A stretch of DNA of 64,000 nt from Nannocystis bainbridge (GCF_028368995.1 NZ_JAQNDL010000001.1:2944001-3008000); one strand, 5' to 3'; counted from the first letter of the stretch, positions 42,951 to 54,268 are shown. Notes: generated from the letters alone by a model not told the origin. A program made the numbers and translations.

Positions 42951-44153
42951 TCACTTCGCGGCGGCTGACGTCGGCTCGGCCGGCGCGGCGGGCTGAGCCG
43001 GGCTCGTGATGCCCGGGACGCTCTGGTCGCCGATCGTCGCCAGCGAGCCCGGGCAGTCGAGCGCGCCGAGGAAGGCCACGAGGTCGTCGATCTCGGCGTC
43101 GCTGAGGTTGCGGTCGGCGTAGTTCGGGTCGAGGTCGGGGCGCTTCGGGCCCCCGGCCATCGTCTTCACCGCGGCGCGCAGGTCGGTCACGCTGCCGTCG
43201 TGGAAGTACGGCGCAGTCCGCGTCACGTTGCGCAGGGTCGGCGTGCGGAACTTGTAGAGGTCGGCCGGATCCTTCGTCGCGTCCATGCGGCCCTTGTCGG
43301 GCCCCTCGCCGGCGTCGGACAGGCCGATGCCCATCTTGTGGTAGAGGTCGTCGCTGAAGTTGTCGCCGCTGTGGCAGGTGGTGCACGAGCCCTTGCCGCG
43401 GAACAGCTCCCAGCCGCGCTGCTGGGCCTCGTTCATGCTGTTCTTGTCCCACGCGGTCGCGCCGCACAGGAGCGTGCGCTCGTAGGCCGACAGCGCCTTG
43501 GCGACGTGCTCGGGCAGCACCGGCTCGCCGGCCTCGAGCCCGAACTCGCGGGCGAACGCCGGCGCGTACTCGGGCAGCGCGCCGATCTCCGCCGCCTTGG
43601 CCGCCAGCTTGTCCTCGCCGACCGCCATGTTGCCGCCCTTCCACGCGCCGATCGCCTGCTTCTCGAGCGAGGCCGCGCGGCCGTCCCAGTAGTGGGCGGT
43701 GTGATAGGCGACGTTCCAGATCGTCGGGGTGTTGCGCGCGAGCAGCTTGTCACCGGGGCCGAGCGCCTTGGCCCGCCCGTCGGCGTTGCCGAGCTCGTTC
43801 TGGTGGCAGCTGTAACAGCTGCGCGTGCCGTCGACGCTGAGCCGCTTGTCCATGAAGAGCTGGTGCCCGAGCTCGACCTTGGCCGCCGTCATCGGGTTGT
43901 CGGCCGGCACCTCCGGGGCGCGCATGCCCTGCGGCAGCTCCCACGCGTACTCCTCGACCGGCGCGGGCTCCGGCGCCGGTTCGGCCGGCCTGGCGTCGCT
44001 CGCCTTGTCGCCCCTGTCGCCCTTGTCGGCCTTGTCGGCCCCGGCGGCCTTCGGCGCGTCGGGCTCACCGCAGGCGAGCAGCGTGCAGAGCCCGCCCGCG
44101 AGCGCGGTGCGGAGGCGAGGCGAGGATGCCAGGTGGAGGTTGCGCGCGTCCAT
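42951..44153 (-). CDS. Di-heme cytochrome c peroxidase / MauG-family lipoprotein
   Basis: PADNPMTAAKVELG, CYSCH, RNTPT, YWDGRA, CTTCH, FRTPTLRN, PYFHDGS. Confidence 0.92.
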   Translation of the reverse strand: MDARNLHLASSPRLRTALAGGLCTLLACGEPDAPKAAGADKADKGDRGDKASDARPAEPAPEPAPVEEYAWELPQGMRAPEVPADNPMTAAKVELGHQLFMDKRLSVDGTRSCYSCHQNELGNADGRAKALGPGDKLLARNTPTIWNVAYHTAHYWDGRAASLEKQAIGAWKGGNMAVGEDKLAAKAAEIGALPEYAPAFAREFGLEAGEPVLPEHVAKALSAYERTLLCGATAWDKNSMNEAQQRGWELFRGKGSCTTCHSGDNFSDDLYHKMGIGLSDAGEGPDKGRMDATKDPADLYKFRTPTLRNVTRTAPYFHDGSVTDLRAAVKTMAGGPKRPDLDPNYADRNLSDAEIDDLVAFLGALDCPGSLATIGDQSVPGITSPAQPAAPAEPTSAAAK

Positions 44154-44247
44154 GCGCGGCACCCTACACCAGTTCCAATGCGGCCCCAAGCACGCCGCAG
44201 CCGGACGACTCGCCCGCGCGCCGGGGCTCGAGTATCCTGCGTCGGCG

Positions 44248-44640
44248 ATGAAGCCGGAAGAGCTCGGGCCCATGCGGACGCTCCTCTTGCAACGCCGCAC
44301 CGAGCTGCTCAAGGGCGGCGACGTGCCGGTGGAGTTCGAGCAGCAAGAGGTGGTGACCAGGCCCGACGAAGACGCGGCGCCGCTGGTCGAGATGACGCAG
44401 GTCATCGCCTCCAACCGCAACCGCGCCCGCACCGAGGCCCTGGCCGCGATCGAGGACGCCCTGCGCCGCATGGTCGACGACCCGGAGGAGTTCGGCCTGT
44501 GCGAGGCCTGCGACGAGCCGATCGCCCAGCGCCGCCTGGTGCTGGTGCCGACCGCGACCCTGTGCGCGACCTGCCAGCGCGAGGACGAGGCCAACAGCTC
44601 CCGCGGCCGCAGCCGCCGCCACCTCACCGACTACCGCTGA
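44248..44640 (+). CDS. TraR/DksA C4-type zinc-finger protein
   Basis: FGLCEACDEPIAQRRL...ATLCATCQ. Confidence 0.9.
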   Translation: MKPEELGPMRTLLLQRRTELLKGGDVPVEFEQQEVVTRPDEDAAPLVEMTQVIASNRNRARTEALAAIEDALRRMVDDPEEFGLCEACDEPIAQRRLVLVPTATLCATCQREDEANSSRGRSRRHLTDYR

Positions 44641-44653
44641 AGGCTGGCCGCAA

Positions 44654-44718
44654 AGACATGCCCGATCGGGCATGTCTGCCCGGACATGCCTGTGTGAGCA
44701 TGTCCATGGGGACATGTC
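44654..44718. repeat. 14-bp-phased CATG array (5 cores)
   Basis: CATG at 44657, 44671, 44685, 44699, 44713; perfect 24-bp palindrome AGACATGCCCGATCGGGCATGTCT. Confidence 0.9.
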
Positions 44719-45038
44719 GGTTCAAGCAGACCGCGAGCACGAGCCCGGCCGGTCTGCGCGCCCCGATGCCGGCGTCGGCGAGCGATCCGGGCGGGGTCCG
44801 GCGCGACGCGATCCACGCGCGAGGAGCCCAGGACGCCTGAGCGACCCGGGCATGGCCCGGCGACCGAGACCCGCGACCGAGGTGGGTGGCGCCTGGGCCG
44901 AGGACGGACGCCGTGCTGCGCACGCGAGCGCGACGTCACCGAGGCGCTGAGTCGAGCGCGCCCGTGCCGCGCACGCGAGGCCTCTCCGAGGCGCCGGGTC
45001 GAGCGCGCGGCGGGCGGGCGCCTCTCGCGCTCCGCGGA

Positions 45039-46106
45039 TCACGCGAGCGGGTAGTCGGTGTAGCCGCGCTCGCCGGGCGTGTAGAAGGTCGAGGGGTCGC
45101 CCTGGGCCAGCGGCAGGCCGGCGCGCAGGCGCGAGACCAGGCGCGGGTTGGCGATGAACGGGCGGCCGAACGCGATCAGGTCGCCCCGGCCTGCGGCGAG
45201 GTCGGCCTCCGCGCGGGTCGCGTCGTATTCGCCGGAGAGGATCAGCCGACCGCCGAAGTGCTTGCGGATCTGCGCCTGCAGATCGGCAGGCACGACCTTG
45301 CCGCCGAAATCGACCAGGTGGACGTACGCGAGCCCGAGCTCCGAGAGCCCACGCACCAGGTGGACGAACACCGCGTCGAGCTCGGGGTCGACCGCCATGC
45401 CGTTGAACACCCCGTGCGGCGACAGACGGATCCCCACTCGCCCGGCGCCGATCCGCGCCGCCGTCGCGCGCGCCACCTCGAGGGCGAAGCGCGCCCGACC
45501 CTCGACCGTCCCGCCCCAGCCGTCGCTGCGGTGGTTGCTGGCGGTGTTGAGGAACTGATCGATCAAGTAGCCGTTGGCCCCGTGCAGCTCGACGCCGTCG
45601 AAGCCGGCCTCGCGCGCGAGCGCGGCCGAGCCGGCGAAGCCCTCGATCACGGCGGCGATGTCGGCCTCGCTCAGCTCGCGCGGCACCGGGTGCGGCTGCG
45701 GGCCCTCCTGGTCGGTGTACATCGCCCCGCCGAGCGCGACGGCCGACGGCCCGCGCACTTCAGCCCCGGGCGGCAGGTTGAGCGGATGCCCGACACGCCC
45801 GGTGTGCATGAGCTGGACGAAGATCTTGGCGCCGCCGGCGTGCACGGCGTCGGTGGCGTCGCGCCAGCCGCGAGCGTGCTCGGCGTTGAAGAGGCCGGGG
45901 ATCCGCGCATAACCGAGGCCGTCGGCGGCGGGCGAGGTGCCCTCGGTGACGATCAGCCCGGCCTCGCTGCGCTGGCCGTAGTAGGTGGCCATCAGCGCGT
46001 TGGGGAGGTTGCCGGGCGCGCGGCTGCGCGTCATCGGGGCCATGACGACGCGGTTCTTCAACTCGAGGTCGCCGAGCACGATCGGGGTATAGAGGAGCTC
46101 GCTCAT
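45039..46106 (-). CDS. Old-yellow-enzyme family alkene reductase (NemA-like)
   Basis: NRVVMAPMTRSR, GFDGVELHGANGYL, FGRPFIANP, GYTDYP. Confidence 0.93.
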   Translation of the reverse strand: MSELLYTPIVLGDLELKNRVVMAPMTRSRAPGNLPNALMATYYGQRSEAGLIVTEGTSPAADGLGYARIPGLFNAEHARGWRDATDAVHAGGAKIFVQLMHTGRVGHPLNLPPGAEVRGPSAVALGGAMYTDQEGPQPHPVPRELSEADIAAVIEGFAGSAALAREAGFDGVELHGANGYLIDQFLNTASNHRSDGWGGTVEGRARFALEVARATAARIGAGRVGIRLSPHGVFNGMAVDPELDAVFVHLVRGLSELGLAYVHLVDFGGKVVPADLQAQIRKHFGGRLILSGEYDATRAEADLAAGRGDLIAFGRPFIANPRLVSRLRAGLPLAQGDPSTFYTPGERGYTDYPLA

Positions 46107-46202
46107 GGGCTTCAACATAGTGACGGCCGTGCGAGCAAAGTAGATGCTCCGCCCGCAACACATTGTTGCTCCCAGCGGGCCAATCGACGCCATCATGAGC
46201 CG

Positions 46203-46520
46203 ATGGCACCCCGCCCGCTCGAGCCGCTCGACGCCTTCATCGCCCGCCTCCGCGGCTCCGCCGCGACGATCGCGGCCCAGCCGGTGCGCTTCGGCGGGCA
46301 CCACTTCAGCCACGCGGTGACGCTCGAGCAGGGCCGCTGGCGGGTGCGCCCGCTGGTCCTCGACCGCGCCAAGGCCGACGCTTTTTTAAAGGAGCGCGGC
46401 CACTTCATGCCGGAGAACGCGGAGGCGCTCAGCGAGCCCGGCGACCCGGTGCGGCTCGAGGCGGACAGCCTCGAGGCGCTGATCGAGCTGATCGAGCGCG
46501 AAGCGTGGCCGATGTGGTAG
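46203..46520 (+). CDS. Hypothetical protein (105 aa)
   Basis: MAPRPLEPLDAF...; plausible composition, divergent from the OYE gene. Confidence 0.6.
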   Translation: MAPRPLEPLDAFIARLRGSAATIAAQPVRFGGHHFSHAVTLEQGRWRVRPLVLDRAKADAFLKERGHFMPENAEALSEPGDPVRLEADSLEALIELIEREAWPMW

Positions 46521-46528
46521 CGCTTCGG

Positions 46529-46583
46529 GGCCTGTCTTCATCGACATGACTTGAAGGACATGTTCGCATGGACATGTCCTTCA
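46529..46583. repeat. 14-bp-phased CATG array (4 cores)
   Basis: CCTG 46531; CATG 46545, 46559, 46573; convergent junction. Confidence 0.88.
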
Positions 46584-46600
46584 GAGCTATGCGCGAGCGC

Positions 46601-48406
46601 TCACTGCGAGCGGGCGATCGCCACCCGCTCGAGCGCGGTGTTGCTGACGATCGTCGGCGCGAACCAGCTGCCGCCGACGCGCCGGGTGTGCCGGGGCGTG
46701 TGGGCCTGGCCGTCGAGGTAGACCAGCTCGAGGTCGGCCTCGCCGAGGCCGGCCGCCAGCGCGGGCGCGCCGTAGATCGCGGGGCTCGGCTGCAGCACGA
46801 CGGCGGCGGGCTGCCAGGCGCCGCCGGTGAACAGGGCGACGTAGAGCTGGCCGTCGAGGCCGCGGAAGGCCAGCGCCGCGGCGCCGCCGGGCAGCGGGGC
46901 GAGGGCCGGCGGCGCCGAGGTCTGCGCCCCGGGGACCTGAGCGGCCGCTGACCACGCTCCGGCGCTGTAACGGCTGAAGCGGAGCTGCCCGCCGCCGTTG
47001 ACGGCCTGCACGGCGAGGACCTGATCGTCGCTCAAGGTGACGACGGCCGGCTGGCGATCGAAGGCCTGGGTCTCGCCGTCGACGAGCTGCTGCGCTTGCC
47101 AGGCGCCGGTACGCCGGCGCGAGGACAGCTGGTTGCTCTGCGCGCCGTCGTGAAACACCAGCAGCGCATCGCCGGCGAGCGTGGCGACGCTGCCCGGCCC
47201 GGGGCCGAAGCTGCCGACCATCTCGGCCGCCGGGTTCCACGAACCAGCGGTGAAGCGCGCGTAGTAGTGCTGGAAGTTGTCGCCGTGGAACACCGCGTGC
47301 GCGCCGGCCCCGGCGGCGCTGATCGTCGGCGCGGCGCGGGTGGTGCCGGCGCCGATCTGCGCCGGCGCGGACCAGGTGCCGGCCTGCCAGGTGACGTAGC
47401 GCAGCTGATTGTCGGCAGGGTCGCCGAGCTTGGTGTGGCGGAACACGCCGACGCCGACGCCGTCGCTGGTGATCGCGAGGTCGAGGCCGTCGACCGTCGG
47501 CGCGGCGATGTCGGCCACCGTCCACGCGGCGCCGTCGAACCTGCCGCCGAGCATCGCCGAGGCGTTGCCGCCGAGCAGCAGCGCGAACTCGCAGGCGTCG
47601 CAGTCGGGCCCGCCGCAGTCGACGCCGGTCTCGTCGCCGTTCTCCTGGCCGTCGTCGCAGGTGGCGACGGTGCAGTCGTTGGCGCAGGCGTCGTCGTCGA
47701 TCGGGTTGCCGTCGTCGCACGCCTCCATGCCGGCCCACAGCAGGCCGTCGCCGCACTTGGCGGCCTTGCACGCGAGCGTGCAGGCGGCGTCGTCGGCGTT
47801 GAACATGCCGTCGTCGCAGACCTCGCCGACGTCGGCCTGGACGATGCCGTCGCCGCACAGCGGCGACTGACAGTCGTTGCTGCAGTCGTCGTCGTCGACT
47901 TCGTTGCCGTCGTCGCAGGCCTCGTTGGGGCCGACCAGGCCGTCGCCGCACGCGTGGAGGCTGCAGTCGGCCTTGCAGTTGTCGGCGTCGTCGTCGTTGC
48001 CGTCGTCGCAGGCCTCGCCCGGGTCGAGCTGGCCGTCGCCGCACACGCCACCGCCGGTGCTGGTGTCGGTCGTGGTGTCGGTCGTATCGGTCGTCGTGGT
48101 GTCGGTGGTCGTGGTGTCGCTCGTCGTGGTGTCGCTCGTCGTGGTGTCGCTCGTCGTGGTCGTCGTCGAATCACTCGTCGTCGTCGAATCAGTCGTCGTC
48201 GACGTGGTCGTCGGGTCGCTCGTCGTCGAGGCCGTCGTCGAGGTCGTCGGTGCGTCGGTCGTCGTCGGGCCGGTCGTCGCGCTGACGAACGAGGTGCTCG
48301 GGTCGTCGGTGGTGCTGCCGCCCGTGCTGCCGGTGCTGGCGGTGCCGTCGTCGCCGCAGGCGGGCACGAGGAGGGCGAGGACCAGCGCGGGGACGTATCT
48401 CGACAT
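46601..48406 (-). CDS. Lipoprotein with Thr-rich linker, DUF4215-like Cys-rich repeats and C-terminal propeller
   Basis: LLVPAC lipobox; four CGDG...CDDG repeats; GW-containing blades. Confidence 0.85.
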   Translation of the reverse strand: MSRYVPALVLALLVPACGDDGTASTGSTGGSTTDDPSTSFVSATTGPTTTDAPTTSTTASTTSDPTTTSTTTDSTTTSDSTTTTTSDTTTSDTTTSDTTTTDTTTTDTTDTTTDTSTGGGVCGDGQLDPGEACDDGNDDDADNCKADCSLHACGDGLVGPNEACDDGNEVDDDDCSNDCQSPLCGDGIVQADVGEVCDDGMFNADDAACTLACKAAKCGDGLLWAGMEACDDGNPIDDDACANDCTVATCDDGQENGDETGVDCGGPDCDACEFALLLGGNASAMLGGRFDGAAWTVADIAAPTVDGLDLAITSDGVGVGVFRHTKLGDPADNQLRYVTWQAGTWSAPAQIGAGTTRAAPTISAAGAGAHAVFHGDNFQHYYARFTAGSWNPAAEMVGSFGPGPGSVATLAGDALLVFHDGAQSNQLSSRRRTGAWQAQQLVDGETQAFDRQPAVVTLSDDQVLAVQAVNGGGQLRFSRYSAGAWSAAAQVPGAQTSAPPALAPLPGGAAALAFRGLDGQLYVALFTGGAWQPAAVVLQPSPAIYGAPALAAGLGEADLELVYLDGQAHTPRHTRRVGGSWFAPTIVSNTALERVAIARSQ

Positions 48407-48557
48407 GCCGGCAGAATAGCGGCTGGGCCGGCCGCACCGCGGACAAATCACGCCGAGGCCCCGCCCGCAGAGGCCGGCGTCGCGCCGCGACGAAGGCGCA
48501 GCTCACGGCGAGCGAACGCCGACCGTCCATGCTCACGATCGCCGCACCCGTGCCCGA

Positions 48558-48644
48558 CGATGGATGGCTAGCGCCGATCCGCGGGGCCAGACGATTACGA
48601 GCGCCGCAACCGCGCCCGGCGATGGATCGCTAGCGCCGACCCGC
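48558..48644. repeat. 25-bp direct repeat (period 62), intergenic
   Basis: cgatggat(g/c)gctagcgccga(t/c)ccgc at 48558 and 48620. Confidence 0.75.
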
Positions 48645-48673
48645 AGCGCGCGGACGATGGCGATCGCCGGCGG

Positions 48674-50947
48674 CTATACCTTGAGGGTCCGCGCGATCGG
48701 CAGGTTGCGCACGCGCTGGCCGGTGAGGGCGAAGATCGCGTTCGTCAGCGCCGGCGCCACGGGGGGCACGCCCGGCTCGCCGACGCCGCACGACGGACCG
48801 TCGTCGGCGACGATCTCGACGTGGATCGCCCGCGGCGCCTCGGGGAAGCGCATCAGGCGGAAATCGCGGAAGTTGCTCTGCACGGTCGCGCCCTGCTGCA
48901 TCGTGATCTCGCCGTAGAGCGCGTGGCTGAGGGCGAAGATCACGGCGCCCTCGAACTGCGAGCGCACGCGTTCGCGATTGACGAGGGTGCCGGCGTCGAG
49001 GCAGGTCCAGACCTCGTCGACGGCGATCTTGCCCTCGGGCCCGTGGACCACGCTGACGACCACGGCGACGTAGGTCAGGAAGCTGCGGTGGACCGCGAGG
49101 CCGAGCGCGCGGCCCTGCTGCTTGCGCTGGTCCCAGTCGGCCAGCTCTGTCACCCGCTCGATCACCCGGCGGTGGCGCGCCGTGTCGATCGGGTGCTCGG
49201 TCAGCGATTGACCGTAGTTGGGCAGCATCTCGACCCCGAGCTCCTCCGGCGTGACGATGCGCGGCGGGCCGATGATCTCGAGCAGCGTCTCGCGCGGGTC
49301 GCTGCCGCGGGCCTCGGCGATCTCGGCGATGAAGCTCTGGACCGCGAACGCGTGATAGATGTTGGCGACCGAGCGCAGCCAGCCGATCCGCGTATAGGCC
49401 CGCGCTTCGCAGTTCTCGGCGCGCACGTTGGCGATCGCCAGCGGGACGTCGAGCACGCCCTGTTGCAGCTCGCCCGGGGCCGACAAAGCGGTGTCGCTGA
49501 AGGTCGAGCCGATCGGCGGGAAGGCGGTGCGGTGCTCCCACGCGACCACCTTGCCGTCGCCGTCGAGCCCGGCCACCAGCCGCTGGGTGCTGACCGTATG
49601 ATAGTAGTCGTGCTGGATGTCGTCCTCGCGGGTCCACTGGATCCGCACCGGCGCGCCGGTCGCCTTGGCCAGCAGCGCCGCCTCGACCACGAAGTCCGGC
49701 TTGGATTTGCGACCGAAGCCGCCGCCGAGCATCGTCACGTGGATGGTGACGTTCTCCTCGTCGAGCCCGAGCGCCTGGGCCACCGAGCTGCGCGAGGCCT
49801 GCGGGTTCTGCGTCGCGGCCCACACCTCGCAGCTCTGGCCGTCGAACGTGGCGACCGCGGCTGGCGGCTCCATCGTCGCGTGGGCCAGGTGCGGCACGTG
49901 GTACACGGCCTCGACCTGCCGCGCCGCGCCCGTCAGCGCCGGCCCGACGTCGCCGACCTCGCGGACCACCACGCCCGGCAGGCCGACGGCGGCCAGCAGC
50001 GTCTTGCGGTAGGTCTCGGAGTCGTACTCGCCGTTGGCGCCGGCGGCCCAGGTGATCTCGAGCTGGGCCCGGCCTCGCATCGCCGACCACGTGTCGTCGG
50101 CGACCACCGCGATCCCGCCGAGCGGCTGGAACGCGAACGGGGGCGTCGGCGCCGGCAACGGCACCACCGCGCGCACGCCCGGGATCGCCAGCGCCTTGGT
50201 GGCGTCGTGCGCCGTGGCCTTGCCGCCGACCACCGGCGGGCGGGCGATCACCGCCGTCCGCATCCCCGGCAGCACCACATCGGCGCCGTAGAGCGCCTGC
50301 CCGGTGACCATCGCCGGCCCGTCGAGCAGCGGCAGCTCCTTGCCGACGTGCAGCAGCTCGGCCTTGGGCCGGAGTAAAATGTCCTTCGGGACAGGCAGCT
50401 TCGCGGCCGCCAGCGCCAGCTCGCCGAACCCGAGCGAGCGCCCGCTGGCCTCGTGCCAGACCGCGTGGTCGTGGGCCGTGCAGGTGCTCGGCGCCACCTT
50501 CCACTGCTTGGCCGCCGCCGCGATCAACATCATCCGCGCGCACGCCCCCAGCTTGCGCAGCGCGTCGTAGAAGCCGCGCACGCTGTGCGACCCGTCGGTG
50601 TTCTGATCGCCGTACGCCTTGTCGCCGGGCGCTTGCACGATCTCCACCCGGCCCATGTCCGCCCCCAGCTCGTCCGCGATCAGCACCGGCAGCGAGCTGC
50701 GCACGCCCTGGCCCATCTCCGAGCGCGCGCACACGATCTGCACCGCGCCGTTCGGCGTCACGTGGACGAACAGGTTGGGCCGCAGGCCCGCGCCCTCGGC
50801 CTCCGCCGCCGCTTTGGCCGCGGGGTCGGTGGCCGGCGGCAGCTCCGGCGCGGCGCTGGCGAACGAGCCGAGCGCGAGGCCCGACAGCGCGCCGCCGAGG
50901 CCGGCCAGGAAGTGGCGGCGGAGCAGGCGGATCGGCGGGCCCGACAT
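48674..50947 (-). CDS. Xanthine-dehydrogenase-family molybdopterin subunit (IorB-like), Tat signal
   Basis: RRHFL Tat motif, SEMGQG, HATMEP, GGGFGRK, WTREDD, GEPGVP. Confidence 0.92.
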   Translation of the reverse strand: MSGPPIRLLRRHFLAGLGGALSGLALGSFASAAPELPPATDPAAKAAAEAEGAGLRPNLFVHVTPNGAVQIVCARSEMGQGVRSSLPVLIADELGADMGRVEIVQAPGDKAYGDQNTDGSHSVRGFYDALRKLGACARMMLIAAAAKQWKVAPSTCTAHDHAVWHEASGRSLGFGELALAAAKLPVPKDILLRPKAELLHVGKELPLLDGPAMVTGQALYGADVVLPGMRTAVIARPPVVGGKATAHDATKALAIPGVRAVVPLPAPTPPFAFQPLGGIAVVADDTWSAMRGRAQLEITWAAGANGEYDSETYRKTLLAAVGLPGVVVREVGDVGPALTGAARQVEAVYHVPHLAHATMEPPAAVATFDGQSCEVWAATQNPQASRSSVAQALGLDEENVTIHVTMLGGGFGRKSKPDFVVEAALLAKATGAPVRIQWTREDDIQHDYYHTVSTQRLVAGLDGDGKVVAWEHRTAFPPIGSTFSDTALSAPGELQQGVLDVPLAIANVRAENCEARAYTRIGWLRSVANIYHAFAVQSFIAEIAEARGSDPRETLLEIIGPPRIVTPEELGVEMLPNYGQSLTEHPIDTARHRRVIERVTELADWDQRKQQGRALGLAVHRSFLTYVAVVVSVVHGPEGKIAVDEVWTCLDAGTLVNRERVRSQFEGAVIFALSHALYGEITMQQGATVQSNFRDFRLMRFPEAPRAIHVEIVADDGPSCGVGEPGVPPVAPALTNAIFALTGQRVRNLPIARTLKV

Positions 50948-50952
50948 CGCGC

Positions 50953-51416
<464 letters not shown>

Positions 51417-51420
<4 letters not shown>

Positions 51421-52082
51421 GGCTGCTTCTCCGCGACCGGACAGGCCGCCCCGTCCGCGACCCACGCGGCCATCAGCGCCCCGAACTGTTCTTGCGTGCC
51501 GGGGGCCGGCGTGCGCCCGTGGCCGGGCGTCCAGCCCCACGCCACCAGCTCGTCGTGCGCCGAGTGCTCGACGATCTCGGCCAGCGTCTTGCCGCCGTTG
51601 CGCTTGGGATCCTTGATCTGCTCGCACAGCGCCGCCGGCGTCAGCCCGACCCACGCCATCTCGATCGGCGCGAGGTGCCACTTCGGCGCCCCGGGCACGC
51701 GCGCCAGCTCGAGGTTCGCGTCCTGATGGCACGACGTGCACATCAGCCCGGCCACGCCCTCGTTGCTCGGGCCGCGCACCACCGGCGGATCGTGGATGCG
51801 CGCGTCGTCGCCCTGCAGCGGCGAATCACCGGCCGGGTGACAGTTGCTGCAGCGCGGGTGGAGCATCACCTTGGCCGCCTCGAGGAACAGCGCCCGCGAG
51901 CGCGCTTCCCTGTCGGCGATCGGCGCGAACTGCTCGGGTGGGCGCAGCACGTCCGGCTCGCCCTGCCCGATCGTCTGCGCCTGCTGCTCGTGCTGCTTCG
52001 CCGGCTCCTGCGCGCCGCGACAGGCGACCAACATCGCCGCCGCGAGGCACGCCAGGGGCACGGAGCATGCGGGCAGGCGCAT
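51417..52082 (-). CDS. Di-heme cytochrome c lipoprotein associated with IorAB
   Basis: [13 protein letters not shown], lipobox LVAC; overlaps the IorA start. Confidence 0.85.
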
Positions 52083-52147
52083 CGCTCACCGGGTGTGATC
52101 GATCTCGGCCGGCGCGCAACCGGCGAGCTCGCCGCGAGCCCCTGGCG

Positions 52148-54175
52148 TCACTTCGCGGGCACCTTGGCCGGCTTCTTCGCCGCCGGCTTCTTGCCCTTCT
52201 TCTTGCCGCCCGCCGGCACCACCACCACCGAGCCGTCTTCGGGCTCGGCGCCGAGAGTCGGATCCTGGTTGAACAGCTTGAGGGCCGCGTCGCGCAGGGT
52301 GGTGTTGCCGCCGGACGCGGCGGGCGCGGTGTAGCCGAGCCAGGCCTGGCGCAGGACCATCTGTTCGTAGGTCGCGCCGGGGTCGAGGGCGATCTTGTAG
52401 GTCGTGGGCCCGCCGCTGGCGGCCACCGCGGTGCGCTCGATCATCCGCGCCCCGCGCTGGAGCGTCAGCTGGTGGCGCGAGTTGCCGGCCATCGCCTTGA
52501 TCTGCCGCTTGGCCTCGGCCGCGCCGCCGACCTTGAGGCCGTCGATCGCCAGCAGCACGTCGCCGTTGGCCAGCCCGGCCTTGTCGCCGGCCCCGCCCTG
52601 GCGCACCAGCTCGATCGTCGCGCCCTTGTCGGCCTGCTCGGCGAACACCAGCTCGAGGTCCCCACCTGTCTCTCGGACCATGTCCAGCTTGTAGCCGGCC
52701 TGGCGCAGGTGCTTGCCGTACTCGATCTCGTCGAAGCCGTGCACGTACTTGCGGAACAGCTCGCTGACCTCGGCGCCCGCGGCCCCGCCGGCGGCGACGA
52801 AGGTGGCCTCGAGCTCGGTCGGCGAGATGCCGGCGCCGGTGTTCTTCCACCGGCCGTAGAGCTCGCGCATGACCGAGTCGAGGCTGCGCTGGCCGCCGGA
52901 GATCCGCCGGAGCTCGATGTCGAGGGCGAGGGCGATCAGCATGCCCTTGTTGTAGTAATCGACGTAGCTGTTGCCGCCGTCTTCGGGCCGCAGCCACGCC
53001 TCCCACGAGGCCTGCTCGACCGTCATCTGCTTGCGCCCCGGCGACTCCTGCAGGCGCCGGATCTGCTCGCCGAGCGCCTCCATCGACTCGGACTCGCTCG
53101 CCAGCCCGGCGCGGGCCAGGATCACCCACGCGTAGTAGCTGGTGAAGCCCTCGGAGAACCACAGCATGCTGGTGTGGACCTCGCGCTCGTAGGCGAACGG
53201 CCCGAGCACGCCGGGGCGGATGCGCTTGACGTTCCACGCGTGGAAGAACTCGTGGGCGGCCGTGCTGAGGAACTTGCGGTAGGCCGCCGGGTCGCCGAAG
53301 ATCCACGGCTCGAGCCCGATCACGGTGCTGTTGCGGTGCTCGAGCCCGGCGCGACCGCCCGGGCGGAGGTGCAGGATGTACGTGTAGTCGGTGAACGGCA
53401 CGCCCTCGTCGCCGCCGAAGATCGCGTAGGTCGCGTCGGCGATCTTCGTCAGGTCGGCGGCCAGCTTCTTGTCGCTGTAGTTGCCGATGCCCTGCAGGGC
53501 CACGTGGAACTGGACCTTGCCGGCCTTGAAGTTGATGGTGTCGACCTTGCCGACGTGGACCGGCGCGTCGACCAGCATGTCGTAGTCGTTGGCCTTGAAC
53601 GCCTTGCCGCTGCCGCCCGCGCGCGGCAGCGCACACACCACCTGCGCCCCCGGCAGGCCCTCGATGCGCAGCTCGATCGGGCGCTCCTTGTGGCCGACGG
53701 CGTAGGGGAACAGATACACGCCGTTGAAGAAGCCGAACTCGTCGTCGAGGAAGGCCCCGGCGATCCCGCTGTAGGCGCCGCGATAGACGCGGTAGCGCAG
53801 CTTGAACGGCTGACCCCCGTGGGTCACGCGCCAGGTGATCTCGTCGACCTTGACGACCGGGATCGGCTTGCCGCCGGCGGTCTCGGCGACCATGCCGCGG
53901 ATGTTGCGGTGGGCCTCGGTGACGCGGTAGGCGCCCGGGTTCCAGCGCGGCAGCTGCAGGTCGGTGACCTCGCCCGGCAGGTCGGAGAAGCTCAGCTCGA
54001 CCTGGAATTCGTGGCGATGCGGGTCGTCCATCGCGACCTTGTAGACGAACGCATCGAGCTTCTTGGCCGCCGCCTCGGCGCCCGGAGCCGCCGACGTGGT
54101 CGCCGGGTCGACCAGCAAGAGACCGAGCGCCAGCGCCGCGGCGAACCGGCGCTTCGAGAGCAAGCGAGACAGCAT
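52148..54175 (-). CDS. M61-family glycyl aminopeptidase with PDZ domain
   Basis: PRWNPG, GLEH, HEFFHAWNVKRIRP, LWFSEGFTSYY, YYNKG, PDZ. Confidence 0.92.
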   Translation of the reverse strand: MLSRLLSKRRFAAALALGLLLVDPATTSAAPGAEAAAKKLDAFVYKVAMDDPHRHEFQVELSFSDLPGEVTDLQLPRWNPGAYRVTEAHRNIRGMVAETAGGKPIPVVKVDEITWRVTHGGQPFKLRYRVYRGAYSGIAGAFLDDEFGFFNGVYLFPYAVGHKERPIELRIEGLPGAQVVCALPRAGGSGKAFKANDYDMLVDAPVHVGKVDTINFKAGKVQFHVALQGIGNYSDKKLAADLTKIADATYAIFGGDEGVPFTDYTYILHLRPGGRAGLEHRNSTVIGLEPWIFGDPAAYRKFLSTAAHEFFHAWNVKRIRPGVLGPFAYEREVHTSMLWFSEGFTSYYAWVILARAGLASESESMEALGEQIRRLQESPGRKQMTVEQASWEAWLRPEDGGNSYVDYYNKGMLIALALDIELRRISGGQRSLDSVMRELYGRWKNTGAGISPTELEATFVAAGGAAGAEVSELFRKYVHGFDEIEYGKHLRQAGYKLDMVRETGGDLELVFAEQADKGATIELVRQGGAGDKAGLANGDVLLAIDGLKVGGAAEAKRQIKAMAGNSRHQLTLQRGARMIERTAVAASGGPTTYKIALDPGATYEQMVLRQAWLGYTAPAASGGNTTLRDAALKLFNQDPTLGAEPEDGSVVVVPAGGKKKGKKPAAKKPAKVPAK

Positions 54176-54268
54176 GGCCGGAGGATACTCGAACTGCCCC
54201 CCGGGGCGCCCGTGGCGGGGCGCCTGCGGCCCGCGGAGCCGCGGAGAAAACGAGTACACTCCGGCGCC

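Noticed and set aside
44654-44718. Resemblance of GGACATGTCC to the eukaryotic p53 half-site RRRCWWGYYY
   Set aside because: Treated as coincidence; no basis for a p53-like protein in this bacterial sequence.
51938-54268. N-terminal half of the 1608-aa plus-strand ORF
   Set aside because: Antisense to the M61 peptidase; the real membrane protein starts near 54269.
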